From the NCBI GenBank assembly GCA_963810095.1, contig CAWEMM010000002.1:32001-96000 (forward strand): a stretch of DNA of 64,000 bases. The letters run 5' to 3'. A model generated the notes under the pieces. That model was given only the letters and a program-made list of their open reading frames with translations, was not told the origin of the DNA and searched no databases. This document shows, piece after piece, positions 56,577-64,000 of the stretch; position 1 is the stretch's first letter, and each line of letters opens with the position of its first letter. This DNA comes from an uncultured Chloroflexia bacterium (GTDB taxonomy: Bacteria; Chloroflexota; Anaerolineae; CG2-30-64-16). Made by a program: the position numbers and the translations under genes.

Positions 56577-57507
56577 ATGATCACATTCTACAAGACCGGC
56601 GAGCAAGGTATCGAGGTCCTGGACGAAATCACTAAGGGCTGCTGGATCAACGTGGTGGACCCCAGCCCCGAGGAACTTGCCGCGGCTGCGCGAGCTGTCC
56701 GTGCCGCCCGAATTCACCACTTACCCGCTGGACCTGGACGAACGGCCGCGCGTCGAGCGCGAGGACGCGGACACGATGATCCTGCTGCGCGTCCCCTATT
56801 ATGACGGCGCAAGCGAGGATGCTCCGTTCACCACCATCCCCCTCGGCATCGTGCTTAACGGGCAATGGATCATGACCGTGTGCCGCCATGATCACGATTT
56901 GCTCCGCGAGATGGCGGCCGGCAAAATGCGCGGGCTGTCTACGGCGAAGCGAAACCGCTTCATCCTCCACGTGCTGCTGGCGGCGGCCGGCAAATATCTG
57001 CTCTACCTGCGGGAAATCAACCGGACGGTCGAGGGGATTGAAGATCAGCTGCAGATGTCGATGCAGAACCGCGAGCTGCTGGCGCTCCTGCGTTACCAGA
57101 AGAGCCTGGTCTACTTCACCACCGCGCTCAAGGCGAACGAGTTGATGATGGAGCGGCTGCACCGCTCGGGCTTCTTCCGCACGTATCCCGACGACGAGGA
57201 CTTGCTGGAGGATGTCATCACCGAGAACCAGCAGGCAATCGAGATGACCAACATCGCGAGCAACATTCTCACGACCATGATGGACACGTTCGCGTCGATC
57301 ATCAACAATAACATGAACGTCGTGATGAAGTTCCTGGCCGCAACCACCATCGTGATCGCGCTGCCCACGCTGATTGCCAGCCTGTATGGCATGAACGTCC
57401 GGCTGCCGTTCCAGGATCATGCGCTGGCATTTGTCTTCGTGGTGGCCGCAGCCATCGGCATTGCGCTTGTCGTCATACGGATTTTTGCGAAGCGCAACTG
57501 GTTCTGA
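56577..57507 (+). CDS. corA: CorA-family Mg2+/Co2+ transporter (frameshift ~56680)
   Basis: WINVVDPS, LDLDERPR, IINNNMNVVMK, PTLIASLYGMNV signature, two C-terminal TM segments. Confidence 0.92.
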
Positions 57508-57614
57508 TCTGAACGGGGACGCTGATGCAACTGGCTGAAGCGATCAGCAGCGCGGGGTGGCGTCTGGACTGGCTGGCCGAGGCCCAAGAAATCCGACCGC
57601 CGCGGGGTTGCCTG

Positions 57615-58961
57615 CTAGGCCGTCCCCAGCGCGGCGTCGAGTTGGGCGAGCCGCTGCCCGACGAGTTCCAGCCCTTGCTCGGCCACCTGCCGCACCTCGG
57701 GCCGCGGATGCGCCAGGTGGGCCCGGTAGGCCTCCCCCGCCTGTTCGGTCGCGGCGCGCCACGCCTTCAAAGTGGCACGATCGGCCAACTGCCAATCATC
57801 GCCGGCTTGCAGGCTGGCCTGCAGCGACGCGGTCAGGCCCAGGAGCCGCTGTCGCTGCGCGAGGGGGTCGAGCGCGCCGCCCGCCCGCACCCGTGCGGGA
57901 ACGGTGAAGATCACGCCATCCGCCGCGTTTGTGAACAGCACCGGCGCGGCCCAACTTCGGTCGCCCGGGTGCAGCACCGACAGCATGCTTCGCGCATATG
58001 CGACGGCGACGTCGACCTGTCCGGCCTCGTCGCCCACGCACAGCCGCTTGTAAAACTCCCGGGCGAACGTTGCGGCGGCCTTGTCCGTGATGGGAAACTG
58101 CATCGCGATGACGGCCGGGATGCCGGCCGCGACCAGCTGGGGGGCCAGCCCGGCGAAGGCCCGGCCGTCGTCCGTCTGCCCACTGTCACATGCGTTCAAC
58201 ACCGCCAAGCGAATGGAGCGGTAGTTGTTAACCAGCCGTGCCAGGGCCTCGCCGTCCAGCCAGTCGGCGCCGCCGTCCGGCTCATTCAGGCCCAGCAGCC
58301 CTCTGCCCTCGACGAAGCCGCCGTGGCCGCCAAAGTGCAGGATGCGATAGTCGCCCAGCAGTAGCGCGTCGGCCAGGTCCGAACGGGTCACCCCGCCCTC
58401 GAGCACTCGCACCCGCAGCGCGCCTTCAGTTGCCGCGGCCACGGCCTCCACGTTGCTTCTTTCGCGGGCGAGGTCGAGGTCGGCGGCGGTGGGCAAGACG
58501 AGGAGCAGCTCGATGGGGAGCTCGGTGCCAGGGTCTGCCGGTGCGCCGAAACGATCCGTCTGGTCGTAGCACCGCACGAGGGGGGTGGCCGCCGAAGTTG
58601 CGAAGGTGCGGCCGGCCTCTGAGTCGTGCAATAGCTCCCACGGCCAGGCGGCCAGTTCTGGCGGCTCCACCGCCAGCCGCAAGCGCAGTCCTTCACCGGC
58701 CTGCTGCGTCCGGTCGAGGGCCAAGCGCAGCTGGGTGCGGATGGAGGGGGGAAAGGCCCATTCGAACAGCAGCGCGCCCGCTTTCGTGAGGGCTTCTGCC
58801 GCGGCCTTTCGCCCCGCGGCTCGGGCGAGCGCCGCCGTCAGCCCAACGGGCGGAGGCGGCAGCGCGGCGCTGGCCCGGCCGAGGCCCGTCGCAAGTGCGG
58901 TCGCAGTGAAGCCCCCGGCCCCCCTGTCACCGATTGTCAGGGTGAAATCGGCGAAGCGCAC
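57615..58961 (-). CDS. CHAT-domain (caspase-like) protease
   Basis: LAAWPWELL, ILHFGGHG (His), VLNACDSG (Cys), AVIAMQFPI, WAAPVLF. Confidence 0.9.
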   Translation of the reverse strand: MRFADFTLTIGDRGAGGFTATALATGLGRASAALPPPPVGLTAALARAAGRKAAAEALTKAGALLFEWAFPPSIRTQLRLALDRTQQAGEGLRLRLAVEPPELAAWPWELLHDSEAGRTFATSAATPLVRCYDQTDRFGAPADPGTELPIELLLVLPTAADLDLARERSNVEAVAAATEGALRVRVLEGGVTRSDLADALLLGDYRILHFGGHGGFVEGRGLLGLNEPDGGADWLDGEALARLVNNYRSIRLAVLNACDSGQTDDGRAFAGLAPQLVAAGIPAVIAMQFPITDKAAATFAREFYKRLCVGDEAGQVDVAVAYARSMLSVLHPGDRSWAAPVLFTNAADGVIFTVPARVRAGGALDPLAQRQRLLGLTASLQASLQAGDDWQLADRATLKAWRAATEQAGEAYRAHLAHPRPEVRQVAEQGLELVGQRLAQLDAALGTA

Positions 58962-58964
58962 GCC

Positions 58965-59444
58965 TCACTCCCCCTTTCGGACCATGACCATGCCTCGTTG
59001 TTCCAGGCCGAACACCCGCCCCACCGCCTGGACCCCATTGATGAGCCGCACCATCCGGCGGAAGTACGGCGGGGCGCCGTGCGGGTCGGTCAGACGACAG
59101 AAGCCGAACCGTTCGTAGAACTTTTCGTTGTGCGAGCGGCACGTCAGGTAGAGCGGACCTGCGCTTGCGCTCGCATTCGTTTTCAGTAATGCCTCGACGA
59201 TCGCCGTGGCGATACCTTCACCCCGGCGGTCGGGCACGGTCGCGATGGAGGCAAGCTCCCGGCTGCGGTCGCCGTGCACCTTGATTTGCCCGATGCCCAC
59301 GATCCGCCGGCCCTCGGGCAAACCGTCTTCGGCAACGATGAACCGCCCCCACTCGATGCCGAGGGGATTCAGCCCCTCCGCCCGCACCAGTCGTTTGATG
59401 GCGGACGCATCTTGCTCGGTCGCCCAGCGCAGTGCGAACGGCAT
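58965..59444 (-). CDS. GNAT family N-acetyltransferase (ArgA-like)
   Basis: ELASIATVPDRRGEGIA (motif A), FYERFGF. Confidence 0.9.
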   Translation of the reverse strand: MPFALRWATEQDASAIKRLVRAEGLNPLGIEWGRFIVAEDGLPEGRRIVGIGQIKVHGDRSRELASIATVPDRRGEGIATAIVEALLKTNASASAGPLYLTCRSHNEKFYERFGFCRLTDPHGAPPYFRRMVRLINGVQAVGRVFGLEQRGMVMVRKGE

Positions 59445-59450
59445 GGCGGC

Positions 59451-60230
59451 CTACGCGACCAACTCGTAGCCGCCATCCATGATGATGGTCTGGCCCATGA
59501 TCATGCGGGCGTCGTCGGTGCACAGCCATGCCACCAGCTTCGCCACTTCCTCGGGGGTGACAAAGCGCCCCGCAGGGGTGCGCCGTAACCCTTCGGAAAG
59601 GATGGCCTGCTTGCTCGGGAAGAAGTCCAACGCTTCGGTCTCGACTACGCCGGGACTGACCGTATTGCAGCTGATCCCCAACGGGGCATACTCGACCGCG
59701 AGATAGCGGATCAGGGCTTCGATCGCTGCTTTGCTCACGCCCACCACGCTGTACTCGGGCAGGACGCGGCGGGAACCGAAGCTGCTGATGCCGATCACCC
59801 GACCCCAGCGCTGCTTGGTCATGTACCGCGCCGCAGCCTGAGCGCCGAAGAGGATCGAGCGGGCGTTGATGTTCAGCGTCCACTCCCAGCCCTTGAGTTC
59901 TTGCTCCGCCACCGGCTTGAGAACGCCCGAAGCCGCATTGCCCACGAAGATGTCGACGGAGCCGAATGCCTCTGCCGCCGTTTCGACCAGACGCTGCACT
60001 CCTTCCACCTCGCCCACGTGGGCCTTGACCACGATGGCCCGGGCGCCGCGCGCCTCGACCTCCGCGGCGGTTTCTTCGGCATGCACCCTGTGCCGGAAGT
60101 AGTTCACCGCGATATTCACCCCGTGTCCCGCCAACTCCAGCGCAATGGCGCGGCCGATGCCGCGGCCGCTGCCCGTGATGACTGCGGCTTTGCCCCCCAG
60201 AATGTCGTAAGCGCTCGCAGGCGGTGTCAT
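59451..60230 (-). CDS. fabL: SDR family enoyl-ACP reductase, FabL-like
   Basis: [38 protein letters not shown] (Y-x6-K). Confidence 0.8.
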   Translation of the reverse strand: MTPPASAYDILGGKAAVITGSGRGIGRAIALELAGHGVNIAVNYFRHRVHAEETAAEVEARGARAIVVKAHVGEVEGVQRLVETAAEAFGSVDIFVGNAASGVLKPVAEQELKGWEWTLNINARSILFGAQAAARYMTKQRWGRVIGISSFGSRRVLPEYSVVGVSKAAIEALIRYLAVEYAPLGISCNTVSPGVVETEALDFFPSKQAILSEGLRRTPAGRFVTPEEVAKLVAWLCTDDARMIMGQTIIMDGGYELVA

Positions 60231-61054
60231 CAGCCGACGACGTCCTCGCCACCGTCGACGAAGATCACCGACCCGCTGACAAACTGCACTGCGGGGTTGC
60301 TGAACGCTGCAATGGTTGCGGCCACGTCTTCCGGTCGGGTCATGCGGCCGCCCGGGTTCCGCCGCAGCGTGGTCTCGATCATGATTTCGTTGCCCGGGAT
60401 CTTGCGCAGCGCGGGCGTGTCGGTCACACCGGCCTGGATGCAGTTCACCAGCACCCCTCGCGGCCCCAACTCCATCGCCAACTGCCGGGTATGCGCCTCT
60501 AGCGCTGCCTTGGCCGCGCCGACGGCGCCATAGTTAGGCACTACCCGGTGACTGCCCTCACTGGTCATGCTAAAGACGCGGCTGCCCCGCCGCAGCATGC
60601 CGCGCGTCACCAGGTCCTGCACCCAATAGACGAGGCTGTGCGCCATCACATTGAAGGTCATCTCCATCTGCGCCGGTTCCAGCGCAGCATCTGCCGGGCC
60701 AGGCGTGCCGTCTTCGGCCAGTGGGGGGATGAACGGCTTGAGCGTGCCGAACGCCAGCGAGTGCATGAAGACGTGAACGTACTCGTCTGGCCCCATCGCA
60801 TCCTGCAGCCCCTGCAGGATCTTGCTGCGGCGGTCGGGGTCGACCGCGTTGGTGTTGAAGAAGAGCGCCTTGACGCCTTGTGCTTCGATATCGGCGATCA
60901 CGGCTTTCGCGTTCGGCAGCGTGGCCCGCAGGTCCAGGTGGACGCCCGCAATGTTCATGCCCTGTGTGGCCAGCGCCCGGCCCGTAGCCGCGCCGAATCC
61001 GCTGGATGCACCGAGGATCAAAGCCCACCGGCCTTCGAGAGGTCGTTCAGACAT
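60230..61054 (-). CDS. SDR family oxidoreductase, enoyl-ACP reductase-like
   Basis: [26 protein letters not shown] (Y-x6-K), [13 protein letters not shown]. Confidence 0.82.
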   Translation of the reverse strand: MSERPLEGRWALILGASSGFGAATGRALATQGMNIAGVHLDLRATLPNAKAVIADIEAQGVKALFFNTNAVDPDRRSKILQGLQDAMGPDEYVHVFMHSLAFGTLKPFIPPLAEDGTPGPADAALEPAQMEMTFNVMAHSLVYWVQDLVTRGMLRRGSRVFSMTSEGSHRVVPNYGAVGAAKAALEAHTRQLAMELGPRGVLVNCIQAGVTDTPALRKIPGNEIMIETTLRRNPGGRMTRPEDVAATIAAFSNPAVQFVSGSVIFVDGGEDVVG

Positions 61055-61160
61055 GATGACTCCTTCGTTGGGAGGGGTAGTTTGTGACGTGTTCGTGCTG
61101 TGCGCTTAACCCGCCCGCGAGAATAAGGTCGCGTGGCTGCGCCCGGAGAAACCCGGTTTC

Positions 61161-62097
61161 TTAATTCCCCACGAGCGCGCGCAGGAAAAAGAGCATGTTT
61201 GCGGGCCGCTCGGCAAGGCGGCGCATGAAATACGGGTACCAGTGTGTTCCATAGGGCACGTAGATGCGCATCTTGTGCCCTTTAGCGACGAGGTCGGCCT
61301 GCAGCTCGCGGCGAATCCCGTACAGCATCTGGAACTCGACTTCGCCGGGCGCCAGGCCGTGCTGATAGGTGTAGGCACGCGCGAAGTTGATCACGTCTTC
61401 GTCATGCGACGCAATGGCAGCGTACGCGCCCTGCGCCCGCGCCTCAGGCGAGAAAGAGGTGCGGATCAACTCCTGCATCGACTGCGTGACCCGGCTGCGT
61501 TCCCGGTAGGCGATGGTGGCCGGCTCATCATAGGCGCCTTTGCACAGCCGGAAGTGCCCCATCCCGTCCGCGATCAGCGACTCGACGTCGGCCTGCGTCC
61601 GGTGCAGGTAGGCCTGGACGACCAGCCCCACATTCGAGTACTCCCCGCGCAGCCGCCGGTAGAGCCCGATGGTCCGCTCGGTGTACTCCGAGCCCTCCAT
61701 GTCCACCCGGACGAAGTTGTTTAGCTCTGCGGCGCGGTCGACGATGCGGCTCACATTGTCATAACAGAAATCGTCGCCGAGGTCCATGCCCATCTGCGTC
61801 AGCTTCAGCGATACGTTCGAATCTACCCCCGACTCGGCCAGCGCGTCGAGTGCAATCAGGTACTCGTCTCCGGCCGTGATCGCTTCCTCGCGGCGTCGCA
61901 ACGTTTTCCCCCAGGTGGTCCAGGGTCGCCAACATGCCCTGGCGGTTTAGCTCCCGCACCGCCTCGATCGCCTCGTCGAGCGTCTCACCCGCGACGAACC
62001 GGCGCGCCATCTTCCTGGAGACGGGAACATCGACGATCAGGTCTTGCAGGGCCTTATTTCGGGAAAGTGCGATGAGGGCGGTTCGCATGACTGGCAT
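61161..62097 (-). CDS. Monofunctional proline dehydrogenase (frameshift ~61895)
   Basis: RRFVAGE, TLDHLGE, SLKLTQ, RVDMEGS, QAYL, RLCKGAY, ASHD, EFQMLYG, YFMRRLAERPAN. Confidence 0.92.
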
Positions 62098-62134
62098 AGT
62101 CGTCTCCTGGGCAGCTTCGATTCAATCGCCGCTT

Positions 62135-62215
62135 ATTGTGCCGCGCGGTGCGAGGGTTGTCAAGCAGTTGCCTTATTTTTGGTGCTTGTGCGCTCGGGAG
62201 GCTTCGTGATAAAAT
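62135..62215. promoter_or_regulatory. Divergent promoters
   Basis: Minus strand TTGACA-17-CACAAT (62135-62163); plus strand TTGTGC-18-TAAAAT with TG extension (62186-62215). Confidence 0.55.
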
Positions 62216-62285
62216 TGCACGCGTATTGTAGGCAGACTCGTCCCCCGTTCTCGTCTGCCTTCTCCGCCCACTCAGGAGGTGCCTC

Positions 62286-64000
62286 ATGCAGACGTTCTTT
62301 GCCGGTTTGGCGCTCGCAGTCGTCGGCCTTGTCAGTGCGTTCTTTGGCTACCGCCTCTTCCGTATCCTCCTGCCGATCTACGGCGCGATCACAGGATTCG
62401 TCTTCGCCTGGGGGTGGTTGGGCTCCGACCAGTGGCTGTTGGCCCTGATCGTGGGTGTGGGCCTCGGACTTATCCTCGGCATCCTGGCTTACGGGATCTG
62501 GAGCGTGCTCGTCGGGGTCAGCGGCGCAATCCTGGGCTTAGCTCTTGCTGCCCTGATTTCGAGTTCACTCAGCCTGTGGACCTGGCTGGCCGTGGTCCTG
62601 GCGGTGGTTTTTGCGGTGGGGTTTGGCCTCCTGTTCGTGAAGATCAGGAACGAGATGGTGATCGTGCTGACCGCCGTCGTAGGCGCCTCCGCGGTCGCGC
62701 GGGGCATCGGCCAGTGGCTGGGTGTAAGCGGGCAGTTTGACGCGACCAACCCGGTTCCCGTGCTTCTGATCCTGGTCATGGCCGCGATCCTGGTCGCTGT
62801 CGCCATCCTGGGCATCCGGTACCAGTGGGGCCGCTACCTGAAGCTGAACCTGTACGGCAAGAAGGCCCCGGCCCAACAGGCGCAGCCTGCGCCGGCCGCC
62901 ACGCGCGCTGCCGCCGAGGTTCCGGTCGCCCAAGCGGCAGTGGTGGCGGGCGCCGCAGCCGCTGGGGTCGCAGTTGCCGAGCAGCAGCCCGCAGCGGCCG
63001 TCGAAGAGCCGGTTGTCGAGGCGCCGGTGGCCGAAGCAGCAGTCGTCGCGGGCGCAGTGGCCGCCGTGGAAGAAGAGCGAACGGAAGCACCCGCCGAGGA
63101 GCCGGCAGCCGTCATCGAAGCGCCGGTTGTCGAGGCGCCGGTGGCCAAAGCGGCAGTCGCCGCGGGCGCGGTGGCCGCCGCGGAAGAAGAGCGAGCGGAA
63201 GCACCCGCCGAGGAGCCGGCAGCCGTCATCGAAGCGCCGGTTGTCGAGGCGCCGGTGGCCAAAGCGGCAGTCGCCGCGGGCGCGGTGGCCGCCGCGGAAG
63301 AAGCGCGAGCGGAAGCACCCGCCGAGGAGCCGGCAGCGGTTATCGAAGAGCCGGTTGTCGAGGCGCCGGTGGCCGAAGCGGCAGTCGTAGCGGGCGCGGT
63401 GGCCGCGGCAGACGAGCGAACGGAAGCGCCCGCCGAGGATCCGGTTGTCGAGGCGCCGGTGGCTGAAGCCGCAGTCGAGGCTGCCGTGGTCGCTGCTGCC
63501 GCGGACAACAAATTAACAGAAACGATTCCTTCTGACGAGGCTGCGCCTGCCGCCGACGATGCCAATATGAACGTCGTGGAAGAGGTGGTCAAGCAGATCG
63601 AGGAAACTTACTCGCTCGACGATATCGCGAAGTTCAAGGAGAAACTGGAGTACGTCGAAGGCATCGGCGCAGCTTACGCCGAGAAGCTGCGGGGCGCGGG
63701 TCTCAACACGGTGCTCGACCTGCTGCAGCGCGGCGCAACCCGAAAGGGTCGGGCTGAGCTGGTCGAAGTGACCGGAATTACGGGCAAGCTCATCCTGAAG
63801 TGGGTCAACCACGCCGACCTGTACCGGATCAAGGGGGTCGGCTCAGAGTACGCCGACCTGCTCGAGGCGGCGGGCGTGGATACGGTGGTCGAGCTGGCGC
63901 ACCGCAACCCGGCCAACCTGCTTAGCGCCGTGGTCGAAACGAACAAGGTCAAGAACCTGGTTCGGAAGGAGCCGGTCGCTTCGCAGGTCGAGGATTGGGT
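62286..64000 (+). CDS. DUF4203-like membrane domain, Ala/Glu/Val/Pro repeat linker and DUF4332 (HhH) domain; runs off the window
   Basis: AGGAGGT RBS; MQTFF...GYRLFRILLPIYG multi-TM region; in the same frame GIGAAYAEKL...WVNHADLYRIKGVGSEYADLLEAAGVDTV. Absent from the ORF track because there is no stop in the window. Confidence 0.85.
   Translation, partial: MQTFFAGLALAVVGLVSAFFGYRLFRILLPIYGAITGFVFAWGWLGSDQWLLALIVGVGLGLILGILAYGIWSVLVGVSGAILGLALAALISSSLSLWTWLAVVLAVVFAVGFGLLFVKIRNEMVIVLTAVVGASAVARGIGQWLGVSGQFDATNPVPVLLILVMAAILVAVAILGIRYQWGRYLKLNLYGKKAPAQQAQPAPAATRAAAEVPVAQAAVVAGAAAAGVAVAEQQPAAAVEEPVVEAPVAEAAVVAGAVAAVEEERTEAPAEEPAAVIEAPVVEAPVAKAAVAAGAVAAAEEERAEAPAEEPAAVIEAPVVEAPVAKAAVAAGAVAAAEEARAEAPAEEPAAVIEEPVVEAPVAEAAVVAGAVAAADERTEAPAEDPVVEAPVAEAAVEAAVVAAAADNKLTETIPSDEAAPAADDANMNVVEEVVKQIEETYSLDDIAKFKEKLEYVEGIGAAYAEKLRGAGLNTVLDLLQRGATRKGRAELVEVTGITGKLILKWVNHADLYRIKGVGSEYADLLEAAGVDTVVELAHRNPANLLSAVVETNKVKNLVRKEPVASQVEDW
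63009..63480 (+). repeat. Coding tandem repeat, 114-nt (38-aa) unit, about 4.3 copies
   Basis: CCGGTTGTCGAGGCGCCGGTGGC recurs at 63009, 63123, 63237, 63351 and 63441. Confidence 0.9.

Noticed and set aside
63009-63480. Regularly spaced repeats as a CRISPR array
   Set aside because: In-frame 114-nt coding repeats without unique spacers; no cas genes in the window

Overview
High-GC bacterial chromosomal window, most likely Chloroflexota (Anaerolineae/Caldilineae-like). This is inferred from the lipoprotein SBPs with VVEK stalks, the EDPR-type MurE and the twin nuo clusters. Many conserved genes are broken by single-base indels, which look like long-read consensus errors. In order, the window holds: two tandem, partly homogenised dpp/opp ABC operons around a circularly permuted family-5 binding protein; an MFS gene; a third opp operon; a minus-strand run of DEDDh exonuclease, Pol-beta-like nucleotidyltransferase, ECF sigma and anti-sigma; a sarcosine-oxidase/dye-linked proline dehydrogenase-like alpha/beta pair; an EndoQ-UvrD fusion; a complete complex I operon (A,B,CD,EF,[TA],G,H-N); and, divergent from it, a second operon of only the seven membrane subunits (A,H,J,K,L,M,N). 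After these come murE, corA with a long structured leader, a ProDH-SDR-SDR-GNAT-CHAT run and a DUF4203/DUF4332 repeat protein. Best candidates for something new: (1) a membrane-arm-only complex I whose NuoL carries the 26-aa helix HL extension typical of 2M complexes although its operon has one nuoM; (2) the circularly permuted SBP; (3) the NTase/exonuclease pair; (4) the corA leader.
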